Numbered from the stretch's first letter, positions 41,483 to 52,404 are shown. The stretch: DNA of 64,000 nt from Anaeromyxobacteraceae bacterium (GCA_032654565.1 JAULAX010000017.1:128001-192000), one strand, 5' to 3'. Translations and numbers: made by a program. The notes: generated by a model from the sequence alone, not told the origin.

Positions 41483-42232
41483 ATGGACTTTCAGCAGAGC
41501 ACCGGGTTCATCATCTGGCTGACCGGCATGAAAAAGGCCGGAAAGACCACGCTCGCCAACCAGTTGGCGCTGCGGCTGACGCAGGCCGGTCGCGTCGTCC
41601 AGCTGCTCGACGAGGATGGCGATGCCAAGTTCCTCCTCGAGGGGCTCGGCCCCACCAAGGACGGCCAGGTCTCCGCGGTGAAGCGGTTCGGCTACACCGC
41701 CAAGGCGGTGGCCCGGACCGGCGGCGTGGCCATCTGCGCCGCGCTCTCGCCGTTCCGCGAGCCGCGCGAGCAGCTGCGCCGGGAGTCGCGTCGCTTCGTC
41801 GAGGTCTTCGTCGACTGCACCATCGAGAAGCTGATGGATCGCGACGGCAAGGAGGCCTACTACAAGAAGGCGATGATCGGCGAGATCACCCAGGTGGCCG
41901 GGGTCGACCTGCCGTACGAGCCGCCGGTCCACGCCGAGCTGGTGCTCCACACCGAGCAGGAGTCGATCGAGGCCAGCCTGACCCGCATCTTCCAGACGCT
42001 GGTGGACGGCAAGTTCATCGGCCCCACCGAGTTCGGGCGGCTCACCGGCGGCCTCAAGCCGAAGCGCAAGGGCAAGGGGGGCAAGGCGTCCGCGGAGGCC
42101 AGGCCGCCCAAGGTGATCAAGGTGGCGGTCCTGAAGAAGGCCCCGGCCAAGGCCGCCGCCAAGGTGACCAAGGCGCCGGCCAAGGCCAAGGCTGCCGCCA
42201 AGGGCAAGGGCAAGGGCTCGAAGAAGCGCTGA
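41483..42232 (+). CDS. cysC: Adenylyl-sulfate kinase-like protein with a Lys/Ala-rich tail
   Basis: IWLTG...AGKTT, LSPFR..R, FVEVFVD, G.D.PYEPP. Confidence 0.8.
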   Translation: MDFQQSTGFIIWLTGMKKAGKTTLANQLALRLTQAGRVVQLLDEDGDAKFLLEGLGPTKDGQVSAVKRFGYTAKAVARTGGVAICAALSPFREPREQLRRESRRFVEVFVDCTIEKLMDRDGKEAYYKKAMIGEITQVAGVDLPYEPPVHAELVLHTEQESIEASLTRIFQTLVDGKFIGPTEFGRLTGGLKPKRKGKGGKASAEARPPKVIKVAVLKKAPAKAAAKVTKAPAKAKAAAKGKGKGSKKR

Positions 42233-42275
42233 CGCCCCGGCGGCGGCGCCCCCGTCGCCACCGGTCGGCGCTACC

Positions 42276-43136
42276 ATGGTGACGATGCGCGCCGAACTCG
42301 AACCGCTCCGCCAGGCCTCGCGCCAGCCCCTCGCCGACCTGCGCCGGGCGCTGGCCGGCCACGGCCGGCTGCTGGTGGCCTTCTCCGGCGGCGTCGACTC
42401 GACCTTCCTGCTGGCCGTGGCCCGCGAGGTGCTCGGCGACGGCGTGCTGGCGCTCACCGCCCACTCCCCCAGCGTGCCGGAGTCGGAGCGGGTCGAGGCC
42501 CGGGCGCTGGCGGCGCGGCTCTCGGCCCGCCACCTGGAGGTGGAGAGCCGCGAGGGGCACGACCCGGCCTACACCGCCAACACCGACCAGCGCTGCTACC
42601 ACTGCAAGCGCGAGCTCTACCAGCGCTGCCGCCAGGTGGCCGAGCGCGAGGGGATCAGCGTGATCGCCGACGGCTTCAACCTCGACGACCGGGGCGACCA
42701 CCGCCCCGGCCACCGGGCGGCCGGCGAGGCGGGCGTCTGCTCGCCGCTCGCCGAGGCCGGGCTCGGCAAGGCGGCCATCCGGGCCTGGAGCGAGGCGCTG
42801 GGGCTGCCCACCTGGGACAAGCCGCAGCTGGCCTGCCTGGCCTCGCGCATCCCCTACGGCACGGCGGTGACGCCGGAGCGGCTCGGCCAGGTGGAGCGGG
42901 CCGAGGCGGCGGTGCGGTCGCTCGGCCTGCGCAGCTTCAGGGTGCGCCACCACGGCGAGGTGGCCCGGCTGGAGGTGTCGGCCGAGGAGCTGCCCGGGGC
43001 CTTCGCGCTGCGCGAGGCGCTGGCGGCCGCGGTGAAGCAGGCCGGCTTCCGCAGCGCGGCGCTGGATCTCGAGCCGTTCCGCTCCGGCCGGATGAACGAG
43101 CTGGCCGGCGTGGCGCTGCCGGTGGTGTCCGGGTGA
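42276..43136 (+). CDS. larE: ATP-dependent sulfur transferase LarE (PP-loop)
   Basis: FSGGVDS, RCYHCK, DD.GDHRPG, ACLASRIPYG. Confidence 0.9.
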   Translation: MVTMRAELEPLRQASRQPLADLRRALAGHGRLLVAFSGGVDSTFLLAVAREVLGDGVLALTAHSPSVPESERVEARALAARLSARHLEVESREGHDPAYTANTDQRCYHCKRELYQRCRQVAEREGISVIADGFNLDDRGDHRPGHRAAGEAGVCSPLAEAGLGKAAIRAWSEALGLPTWDKPQLACLASRIPYGTAVTPERLGQVERAEAAVRSLGLRSFRVRHHGEVARLEVSAEELPGAFALREALAAAVKQAGFRSAALDLEPFRSGRMNELAGVALPVVSG

Positions 43137-43696
43137 GCGCCGCGCCCATCACACCCGCTGGGCAGGCCGTCCGGGTGGCGCTGGCCGCGCTGGTCCTCAC
43201 CTGCGCCCTCGCGACCCCGGCGCCTGCCGCCGCCCTCGAGCCGCGCTTCGATCACCGGGACCAGCAGGGGCTGCTGGCCGAGCTGGGTGCGGCCCGCGAC
43301 TCGGTGGTGGTGGGCGGCGTCACCCACACCAGCGATCGACCGGCGCTCAGGCTGGCCTGGAGCTTCGACCTGAGCGGGGAGGGGGACGAGCTGCAGCTGG
43401 GCGGCACCACGCGGCTGGGCGGCTGGTCCGACCCCGAGAAGGTGAAGTCGCTCTACGGCCTCGACGCCCGCTACCGCGCCTACTTTGGCTCCGAGGAGCT
43501 GAAGACCTTCGTGGAGATCGGCCTCTGGACCAGCCTGGCCTCGAAGCTGGTGGTGGGCGGGCAGGCGGGGCTGGGGCTGGCCTACGATCCCTCGCGGGCC
43601 TGGGGGCTCTACGTCGCGGCCCACTTCGGCGGCGGCTTCGGCCAGGCGCGCGTGGCCACGGTGGGCCTGGCCTCCGGCGTCCAGCTCCGTTGGTAG
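43133..43696 (+). CDS. Secreted protein, probable small outer-membrane beta-barrel
   Basis: Signal peptide, alternating beta-strand pattern, C-terminal GVQLRW. Confidence 0.6.
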   Translation: MSAAPITPAGQAVRVALAALVLTCALATPAPAAALEPRFDHRDQQGLLAELGAARDSVVVGGVTHTSDRPALRLAWSFDLSGEGDELQLGGTTRLGGWSDPEKVKSLYGLDARYRAYFGSEELKTFVEIGLWTSLASKLVVGGQAGLGLAYDPSRAWGLYVAAHFGGGFGQARVATVGLASGVQLRW

Positions 43697-43821
43697 GAGG
43701 CGAGTCCGGGGGAAGGCAGGATCATCCGTCCCGGTTGGGTCGTTTAGCCGTTTTCTTGCGGGGGTGATATCAGGTGGTAGTGTGTAGGCATAGGTAGTCA
43801 ATACACCCCTGGAGCCTACAT

Positions 43822-44034
43822 ATGACCACAGAGTTCGAGACCCTCTCTTCCGAGCCGACCAACCGCCTGGAGCCCATGCTGGTCAGGCTCCCCCCCTCCT
43901 TCGCCGCCGAGCTTCGCAACCTGGCCAAGCGGACCCGGGTCCGCCAGTCCGACTACCTGCGCGAGGCGGTGGGCGACCTGCTGCTCAAGTACGGCCAGCA
44001 CCCCATGGCCGGCGAGTCCGACGCCGCCCACTAG
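43822..44034 (+). CDS. Ribbon-helix-helix DNA-binding protein (CdbA/CdbB-like)
   Basis: LVRL...L..LAKRTRVRQSDYLREAV.DLL.KY; GGAG RBS. Confidence 0.75.
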   Translation: MTTEFETLSSEPTNRLEPMLVRLPPSFAAELRNLAKRTRVRQSDYLREAVGDLLLKYGQHPMAGESDAAH

Positions 44035-44043
44035 GGCGTCGCC

Positions 44044-44829
44044 TCATCGCCAGTCCAGGGTTCCCGGCGGGTAGCTCACGCGGAGCAGCGTGAGCCCCCA
44101 GCCCGGGGCGCGGACCCCCCGGTAGCGTTCGCGCCGCAGCAGCAGGTCCCGGATCACGGTCGTCTCGACGAGGCCGAGCCCGGCGGCGACCGCGGTGCCC
44201 ACCAGGTTCCGCACCATGGCGCGCAGGAAGCCGCGCCCCTCCAGCACCACCATCAGCAGCGCCGTCCCCTCGGCCGCGATCACCTCGACGCCGGTGAGCG
44301 TCCGCACCGAGCCGCGCTGGTCGCCGGGCCGGGCGAAGCCGAAGAAGTCGTGCTCGCCGACGGCGTGGGCCAGCGCCTCGCGCACCCGCGCTGGGTCGGG
44401 AAGGCCGCAGGCCAGTCCCGGAAAGGCCCGCTCGTCGGGCAGCGTCCAGCACCACGGGGCCACCTCCGCGGGCGGCGGCGCCCCCACCAGGTAGGCGTAG
44501 CGGCGGCTCACCGCCGAGGCCCGGGCGTGGAAGTGGGACGGCGCCCGCGCGGCCGCCAGGCAGAGCAGCGACGCGGGGGTGGCGGCGTTGACCGCCCGGC
44601 GCAGCGCCACCGGGTCGAGGTCGAGCCGGGCCTGGAAGCCGACCACCTGGTCGAGCGCCGAGACCCCGGCGTCGGTCCGCGCCGCCACCTGCAGCGGGCC
44701 GGTGACGCCGAGCGGGCGGAGCGCCTGCTCGAGCGCCTCCTGCACCGTGGGCAGCCCGGGCTGCCGCTGGAAGCCGCGGAAGGCGCGCCCGTCGTAGGCC
44801 AGTCGGAGTGCGTAGCGGCGCCGTTCCAC
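44044..44829 (-). CDS. truA: tRNA pseudouridine(38-40) synthase
   Basis: LAYDG..F.GFQRQ...TVQ, ARTDAGV, GEHDF, FLRAMVR. Confidence 0.9.
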   Translation of the reverse strand: MERRRYALRLAYDGRAFRGFQRQPGLPTVQEALEQALRPLGVTGPLQVAARTDAGVSALDQVVGFQARLDLDPVALRRAVNAATPASLLCLAAARAPSHFHARASAVSRRYAYLVGAPPPAEVAPWCWTLPDERAFPGLACGLPDPARVREALAHAVGEHDFFGFARPGDQRGSVRTLTGVEVIAAEGTALLMVVLEGRGFLRAMVRNLVGTAVAAGLGLVETTVIRDLLLRRERYRGVRAPGWGLTLLRVSYPPGTLDWR

Positions 44830-44889
44830 GTCATGGTAATTTGACCACGCCTCACCGCGCGGCGCGAGCCGCCCGGGGAGCCCCGCCGA

Positions 44890-45774
44890 ATGCCCGAGCC
44901 CACCCCAGACGCCACCATCCAGATCGACGACCCGGCCCTCGCCGGGGGCGACTGGCTCTTCCAGCGCGACGGCAAGGTCTACGGCCCGGTGGAGGGGCGG
45001 CGGCTGGCCGAGCTGCTCTACCGCGGCGACCTCGGCGCCGCCTCGCTGATCTCCAGCGGCGACGGCAGCTGGCACCCGGTGGCCCACGTCCCGCTCTTCC
45101 TGCTCCACCTGCGCAAGGCCGAGGCCTCGCTGCGCGTCGAGCAGGAGATCACCGGGGCCCGGGCCCTGCGGGTGCGCCAGGCCAGGACCCGGAGCGCCGG
45201 CTACCTGCTCGGGGCGCTGGCGCTGGTGGGCGGGGCCGGGGGGCTGGCCCTCTGGCTCGGCCGCGGCGGCGAGCGCAGCCCGCTGCTCGACGACTTCGGC
45301 GCCGGCATCTCCATCGCGGTGCCGGCCCGGATCGGCGTGGCCGGCCGCGGGCCCGCCGACATCGAGGTGGCGGTGACCCCCGACGCCCCGGCGCCGCGCC
45401 CGGGGAACGGCAACCGCCCGGCCCGCCCGGCGCAGGCCGCCGGCGCCGGCCCGTCGGGGTCGGCCGAGGGCGGCGACCTGGTGGCCACCCAGTTCGACGC
45501 CGGCCGGATCCAGGCGGTGGTCAACCGGCAGCAGCGGACGCTGGCCCCCTGCCTGCGCGCCGAGGCCGAGCGGAGCCCTGGCTTCGCCGGCGAGGTGCCG
45601 CTCGAGTTCACCATCGGCAACGAGGGCAAGGTGGTGCGGGTGGTGATCCTCGACCCGCGGATGCGCCAGGGGGCGCTGCGCGACTGCTTCGAGGCGGCCC
45701 TCTCGGCCTGGAGCTTCGACCGCTTCCCCGGCCAGCGCCCCAGCGTGGCGCTGGTCTTCAAGGTGGGCCAGTGA
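44890..45774 (+). CDS. GYF_2 plus TM plus AgmX/PglI-type (TonB_C-like) C-terminal domain protein
   Basis: W...DGKVYGP, one TM, paired-Cys C-terminal domain with FTIG..GKV. Confidence 0.7.
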   Translation: MPEPTPDATIQIDDPALAGGDWLFQRDGKVYGPVEGRRLAELLYRGDLGAASLISSGDGSWHPVAHVPLFLLHLRKAEASLRVEQEITGARALRVRQARTRSAGYLLGALALVGGAGGLALWLGRGGERSPLLDDFGAGISIAVPARIGVAGRGPADIEVAVTPDAPAPRPGNGNRPARPAQAAGAGPSGSAEGGDLVATQFDAGRIQAVVNRQQRTLAPCLRAEAERSPGFAGEVPLEFTIGNEGKVVRVVILDPRMRQGALRDCFEAALSAWSFDRFPGQRPSVALVFKVGQ

Positions 45775-46388
45775 GCGCCGCCGGCGAGTCGCTGGCGGCC
45801 CGGGCCGAGGCGCTGCCGCCCGGCTCCACCCGCCGCCAGGTGCTGGAGGGGGCGCGCCGCTTCAAGGCCGCCTGGGTGGACTTCGCCCGGCTGCTCTCCG
45901 AGGTGCGCCGGGCCGAGCACTGGCGGGAGTGGGGCTACCCCAGCTTCGACCGCTACTGCGCCACCGAGCTCTTCGTCCGCAAGGCCACCGCCGAGAAGCT
46001 GACGGCCAGCTACGGCTTCCTGGAGCGGCACGAGCCGCGCCTGGCCCAGGGGCTGGGCGACGAGAAGGCGCCGCCGTTCGAGGTCATCGAGGTGCTGTCG
46101 CGCGCCGAGGCGGCGGGGCGGCTCTCGGCCGACGGCTGGCGCGAGCTGCGCGACGAGGTGATCGACCGTCCGCCGACGGCGGCGGCCATGACCCGGGCGC
46201 TGGCCGAGAGGTTCGGCGCCGAGCCGAAGCCGGCGCGGCCGCCCCGGGCGGAGCGGCTGGCCAGGCTGGCGGCGGCGGCCCGGCGGCTGGCCGAGGCCTG
46301 CGCCGCCGAGGGGTCGGTGCCGAAGGCGCTGACCGCGCGCGCCGAGGCGGTGGCCGAGGGGCTGGAGGCGCTGGGCGGGGACGAGTGA
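45771..46388 (+). CDS. Hypothetical protein
   Basis: GTGA overlap; RFKAAW..F.RLL.EV, WREWGY.SF..YC..EL. Confidence 0.65.
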   Translation: MSAAGESLAARAEALPPGSTRRQVLEGARRFKAAWVDFARLLSEVRRAEHWREWGYPSFDRYCATELFVRKATAEKLTASYGFLERHEPRLAQGLGDEKAPPFEVIEVLSRAEAAGRLSADGWRELRDEVIDRPPTAAAMTRALAERFGAEPKPARPPRAERLARLAAAARRLAEACAAEGSVPKALTARAEAVAEGLEALGGDE

Positions 46389-46540
46389 GCGGCCGCGGCT
46401 GAAGGGCAGGGCCGGGCCCGGGAGGGGGAGGGTGGTCCGAGAACGGGCGGACCGGACCGGTCCGGGTTAAGAAGCTGATGCGCCCGGGGTTTTCAAGGGC
46501 CGCACCGATTCTGGTAGAATCGATGGGGGAGACGGCACCA

Positions 46541-47827
<1,287 letters not shown>

Positions 47828-47980
47828 GCGCCGCCTGCTGGGGGCAGGTCGGCGAACCCGGTGGCGTAGGACTGGCGGCGCGCGCTTCACACCGTGCCGC
47901 CCCCGCACCGGGCTCACCTCCGTAACCTCTCGGGATTGTTCGCGGTCGGCCGCGGCATCCGGCTTGCTATTCACGGAGGC

Positions 47981-49393
47981 ATGGCCGCTCTCCGTCTTGT
48001 CGCCGCCGCAGCCGTCGCAAGCCTCGCGCTCGCCACCCCGACCCTGGCGCAGGAGCCGCCCTCTCCGCAGGACCCGGCCTACGGCAGGGACGGGGACTCG
48101 GTCACCGACGGGTCCTGGCAGGAGGGACAGCCGGGCGCCGAAGCCGGCGCCGCCTCGCCGGGAGGCTACGACGTGCGGGTGGATGTCGGCGGGGGCGGGT
48201 CGGTCACGCTCGACAGCTTCCAGTCCGGCCTCTCGCCCTACGGCGACTGGGTCCGGAGCGGCACCCACGGGATGGTCTGGCGCCCGCGGGTGGCGGCCGG
48301 CTGGCGCCCCTACTACTACGGCCGCTGGGAGTGGACCAACGAAGGCTGGCTCTGGGTCTCCGAGGAGCCCTTCGGCTGGGCCACCTACCACTACGGCCGC
48401 TGGTCCTACGACGGCGGCTCCGGCTGGTTCTGGGTGCCGGGCTACCAGTGGGCGCCCGCCTGGGTCTCCTGGCGGTACGGCGGCGACGTGGTCGGCTGGG
48501 CGCCGCTGGCGCCGGGGCTGTCGCTCTACGTGACCTCCTACGCCTTCTACAACTCCTGGTGGACCTTCGTCCCCTCGGGGCGCTTCTGCGGAACGCCGAT
48601 CTGGGGGGTGGCCTACCCGCTGTCCCGCGCCTCGCAGTTCTATGACGTGACCCGCCCGGCGCCGCCGCGCCCGCGCCCGCCCCCGGACCGGTCCTCTTAC
48701 GGAGGGGGCCCGTCGCGCCCCGTGCCCGGCGCCAGGTCGACGCCGGGCTGGGGTGGACCACCGCCGCGGGCCATCGAGGAGCGGATGGGCCGTCCCATCC
48801 AGGCCAGCCGGATCATCAGCGACCCGAACCCCGGCCCGGCTCGCGGGCGGATGGGCGAGATCCGGGTCTACCGCCCGGAGCGGCAGCCGTCGCCTGGCCC
48901 CGGCGATCGCGCGGCGCCGGTGGGGCGGTCCATGGGCCCGGGCGGCATGCCGTCGCCTCGACAGGAGGGGCGTCCGATGATGCCGTCGCCTCGACAGGAG
49001 GGCCGTCCGATGATGCCGGCGCCTCGACAGGAGGGGCGCCCCGTGATGCCTGGTCCGCGGCAGGAGAGCCGTCCCGCCATGCCGGCACCCCGACAGGAGA
49101 GCCGTCCCGCCATGCCGGCACCCCGACAGGAGACCCGTCCCGCCATGCCGGCACCCCGACAGGAGAGCCGTCCCGCCATGCCGGCACCCCGACAGGAGAG
49201 CCGTCCCGCCATGCCGGCACCCCGACAGGAGAGCCGTCCCGCCATGCCGGCACCCCGACAGGAGACCCGCCCGGCCATGCCGGCGCCCCGGCAGGAGAAC
49301 CGTCCGGCCATGCCGGCGCCGCGCAGCTCCAGCCCGTCCCACGGGATGGCGACACCGCCGCAGGGCCGGGGAGCGCCCTTCAGGACGAGGTGA
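47981..49393 (+). CDS. Secreted DUF6600-like (YXWGXW-type) protein with a repetitive tail
   Basis: GGAGG RBS, signal peptide, LSPYGDW, WRPY..GRW, FGWATYHYGRW, WAPAWVSW. Confidence 0.8.
   Translation: MAALRLVAAAAVASLALATPTLAQEPPSPQDPAYGRDGDSVTDGSWQEGQPGAEAGAASPGGYDVRVDVGGGGSVTLDSFQSGLSPYGDWVRSGTHGMVWRPRVAAGWRPYYYGRWEWTNEGWLWVSEEPFGWATYHYGRWSYDGGSGWFWVPGYQWAPAWVSWRYGGDVVGWAPLAPGLSLYVTSYAFYNSWWTFVPSGRFCGTPIWGVAYPLSRASQFYDVTRPAPPRPRPPPDRSSYGGGPSRPVPGARSTPGWGGPPPRAIEERMGRPIQASRIISDPNPGPARGRMGEIRVYRPERQPSPGPGDRAAPVGRSMGPGGMPSPRQEGRPMMPSPRQEGRPMMPAPRQEGRPVMPGPRQESRPAMPAPRQESRPAMPAPRQETRPAMPAPRQESRPAMPAPRQESRPAMPAPRQESRPAMPAPRQETRPAMPAPRQENRPAMPAPRSSSPSHGMATPPQGRGAPFRTR
48947..49324 (+). repeat. Coding 33-bp tandem repeat, 11 copies plus a partial (MPAPRQESRPA)
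   Basis: Read directly from the DNA and the translation. Confidence 0.95.
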
Positions 49394-50909
49394 CGCGGAC
49401 CGTCGTCTTCATCTGGCGGCCGCTGTCCAGGTCCTTGGCGCTCATGGTCAGGATCCCCTCGACGCTCACCTCGAAGAGGATCTCCAGCCGGGCCTCGCCG
49501 GCCTGGCCCGGGTTGACGCCGCTGAAGGTGAACTCGCCGAGCAGCTCGTTGGCCACGGTCTGGGCCTGGTCCCCCTGGAACATGCGGACCACCAGCTCGG
49601 TCTGGCCGTCCACGGAGCTGGTGGCGGAGATGGCCTTGGCGTTGGGGATGGGGGCGTTGCGCGGGAAGACCACGTGCATGCTGCCGCCGGCCTGCTCGAG
49701 GCCGATGGCCATGGGGATGACGTCGAGCAGCTGCAGCTTGAGGTCGCTGTTCTCCTGGAGCGACCAGCCGTAGAGCGCGGCGCCGATGGCCACCGCCTCG
49801 TCGGGGTGGACTCCCTTGGACGGCGGCTTGCCGAAGAACTTGGTGAGCCGCTCCTGCACCACCGGCATGCGGGTCTGGCCGCCCACCAGCATGACCTCGT
49901 CGATGTCGGCGGCGGTGACGCCGGCGTCCACCATCACCGAGCCGAGGATCTTGAGGGTGCGGTCGACCAGCGGGTGGGTCAGCTTCTCCAGCAGCTTGCG
50001 GTCGAACTTGACGTCGAGGTTGAGCGGCTGCCCCTGCGCCGTCATGGTGATGAAGGGGATGGAGAAGGGGGCCTCGGCCCGGGAGGAGAGGTCGATCTTG
50101 GTCCGCTCGGCCAGGTCCTTGATGCGCTGCATGGCCACCGGGTCGGTGGAGAGGTCGACGCCGTGCTTGGCGTGGAAGCCGTCGAGCACGTGGCCGATCA
50201 TGGCGTTGTCGAAGTCGATGCCGCCGAGGAAGATGTCGCCGCCGGTGGCCTTGACCTCGAAGACCCGGTCGCGGATCTCGATGATGGAGACGTCGAAGGT
50301 GCCCCCGCCGAGGTCGTAGACCAGCACCCGCTGGTTGAGCTGCTTGCCGAGGCCGTAGGCCAGCGCCGCCGCCGTCGGCTCGTTGATGATGCGGACCACG
50401 TCGAGGTCGATGAGCCGCCCCGCCTCCTTGACCGCCTGCCGCTGCCGGTCGGTGAAGTAGGCCGGCACCGTCACCACCGCCCGGGTCACCTTGAAGCCGA
50501 GGTGGTCGGAGGCGACGTCGCGGATCTTGTGGAGGATCTTGGCGCTGACCTCGTGGACCGAGAAGGCGCGGCCGTGGCAGTCCACCGCCACGTCGTTCTC
50601 CTGCCCGGCGTGGACCTGGTACTGCACCGAGCGCTGCACCGACTCGACGACGTCGTCCTTGGGGGCGCGACCGATGAGCCGCTTGGTGGCGTAGAGGGTG
50701 TTGCGAGGGTTGAGCTGCCACTGGCGCTTGGCCTCGTGGCCGATCAGCTCGTTGCCCTTGTCGTCGATGGCGAAGATCGACGGGATGATCGATTCCCCGC
50801 CCTTGTACGGGATGAGCTTCACCTGGCCGTCGCCGTAGGCGACCGCGGCGCAGGAGTTGGAGGTGCCCAGATCGATCCCGATGATGGTCTCGGGTCCCAG
50901 CCTGTTCAT
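49380..50909 (-). CDS. Hsp70/DnaK-family protein lacking the C-terminal lid
   Basis: GIDLGTSNS, TVPAYF, INEPTAAALAYG, DLGGGTFDVS; only 509 aa. Confidence 0.92.
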   Translation of the reverse strand: MNRLGPETIIGIDLGTSNSCAAVAYGDGQVKLIPYKGGESIIPSIFAIDDKGNELIGHEAKRQWQLNPRNTLYATKRLIGRAPKDDVVESVQRSVQYQVHAGQENDVAVDCHGRAFSVHEVSAKILHKIRDVASDHLGFKVTRAVVTVPAYFTDRQRQAVKEAGRLIDLDVVRIINEPTAAALAYGLGKQLNQRVLVYDLGGGTFDVSIIEIRDRVFEVKATGGDIFLGGIDFDNAMIGHVLDGFHAKHGVDLSTDPVAMQRIKDLAERTKIDLSSRAEAPFSIPFITMTAQGQPLNLDVKFDRKLLEKLTHPLVDRTLKILGSVMVDAGVTAADIDEVMLVGGQTRMPVVQERLTKFFGKPPSKGVHPDEAVAIGAALYGWSLQENSDLKLQLLDVIPMAIGLEQAGGSMHVVFPRNAPIPNAKAISATSSVDGQTELVVRMFQGDQAQTVANELLGEFTFSGVNPGQAGEARLEILFEVSVEGILTMSAKDLDSGRQMKTTVRVTSS

Positions 50910-51019
50910 TCTGCCGGACAGCGTACTACGCCGGCGGGGTTCACGGCAGGACTCACTCGGAGCGTACGACGTCGGGCCGGTGGGGTAGCATGGCGGCTCA
51001 CGGGCCGGGAGCCGGAGGG

Positions 51020-51466
51020 ATGATGGACAGCCGCGTCAGCTGGGACGAGTACTTCATGAACATCGCCAGGGTGGTGGCCACCCGGGCCACCTGCGACCGC
51101 AAGCACGTGGGCGCGGTGCTGGTGCGGGACAAGACCATCCTCTCCACCGGCTACAACGGGTCGATCCGGGGCCTGCCGCACTGCTCGGGGGCCGGGCACA
51201 TGATGGAGGAGGGGCACTGCGTCCGCACCGTGCACGCCGAGGCCAACGCCATCATCCAGGCGGCCAAGAACGGGGTCTCCATCGACGGGTGCACCGTCTA
51301 CACCACCGCCTCGCCCTGCTGGCCCTGCTTCAAGCTGATCGCCAACTCCGGCGCCAGCCGCATCGTCTTCGGCGAGTTCTACCGGGACAACCGCATCTTC
51401 GAGTACGCGCAGCAGATCGGCATCGCCCTGGTGTCGCTCGAGGCGCCGGCCCCGGCCGCCGGCTGA
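51020..51466 (+). CDS. dCMP deaminase family protein
   Basis: WDEYFM, TGYNG, HAEANA, SPCWPC. Confidence 0.9.
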   Translation: MMDSRVSWDEYFMNIARVVATRATCDRKHVGAVLVRDKTILSTGYNGSIRGLPHCSGAGHMMEEGHCVRTVHAEANAIIQAAKNGVSIDGCTVYTTASPCWPCFKLIANSGASRIVFGEFYRDNRIFEYAQQIGIALVSLEAPAPAAG

Positions 51467-51482
51467 ACGGCTGGGGAGGAGC

Positions 51483-52235
51483 TCAGCGCTTGCGGAAGAT
51501 CTGGCGGCGGCCGCGGGCGGCGGCCGGATCCATCTCCATGCGCGGCGGCTCCAGCCGGAACTGGTACCACTGCTCGCCGTAGAGCTTCCAGAGCTTGAGC
51601 TTCTTGCCGTTCTGGAGCGCCTGCATCGACTCCTTGAGCTTCTCGTCGCCGGGCGAGGCCGCGGTACCGCGCCCCAGCACCCGGATGGCGTCGTCGTGCC
51701 GGCCCTCCTTCTCGAGGATCCAGGCGTAGGTGGACCAGGCCAGCCCCTCCTTGGGCGCCACCTTCACCGCCTCCTCCAGCAGCTGGTAGGCGCCGGGGTG
51801 ATCCTTCTTGCGGTAGCGGGCGGCGGCGAGGATGCCTCGGGAGAGCCAGTCGCGGTTGACCAGCCTGGCCAGCCAGGAGCGGGGCAGGCCGGCCTCCAGG
51901 TCGGGGAGGGCGGCGTCGAGGTCGTCGGTGATGTAGCGCAGCATGCCGATGGAGGCGTGCAGCTGGGCGGCGGCCAGGAACTGCCAGGGGCCGAGGGAGA
52001 AGCCGCCCTGGAGCGCCGCCACCGCCTTCTCGACGTGGCGGGCCATCAGCTCCTTCTGCACGGCGGCGTTGATGACCTCGAGCCGCTTGCGGACCCGGAA
52101 GGCGATGAAGACGTAGCTGGCCGAGGAGACCACCAGGCCGGGGATGAAGGCCGCCACCCAGCCGAAGCTGGTGCCGACCGAGATGGCCAGGGCGACGAGG
52201 GCCCCGGCGGCGGCGCTGATGAGCAGGTTGTACAT
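51483..52235 (-). CDS. Membrane-anchored TPR-like protein
   Basis: Two N-terminal TM helices, then helical repeats. Confidence 0.7.
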   Translation of the reverse strand: MYNLLISAAAGALVALAISVGTSFGWVAAFIPGLVVSSASYVFIAFRVRKRLEVINAAVQKELMARHVEKAVAALQGGFSLGPWQFLAAAQLHASIGMLRYITDDLDAALPDLEAGLPRSWLARLVNRDWLSRGILAAARYRKKDHPGAYQLLEEAVKVAPKEGLAWSTYAWILEKEGRHDDAIRVLGRGTAASPGDEKLKESMQALQNGKKLKLWKLYGEQWYQFRLEPPRMEMDPAAARGRRQIFRKR

Positions 52236-52320
52236 GGCGGCTCCAGACGGACGAGAGGCGGACCAATACACGCCGGATCACCCTCGCCGCAAGGGGAAAC
52301 CGGCGCCAGCGTGGATGAGA

Positions 52321-52404
52321 TGGCCCTCCCCGGACTCGAACCGGGACGGGGGTTTTCCCCACTCGATTTTGAGTCGAGCGCGTCTACCATTTCACCAGAG
52401 GGCC
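52321..52404 (-). tRNA. tRNA-Leu(CAA), CCA not encoded
   Basis: Reverse complement GGCCCTC...CTCGA-CTCAAAA-TCGAG, variable arm, GTTCGAGTC, GAGGGCC-A. Confidence 0.95.

Noticed and set aside
48947..49324. CRISPR-like 33-bp repeats
   Set aside because: In-frame coding tandem repeat with no spacers.
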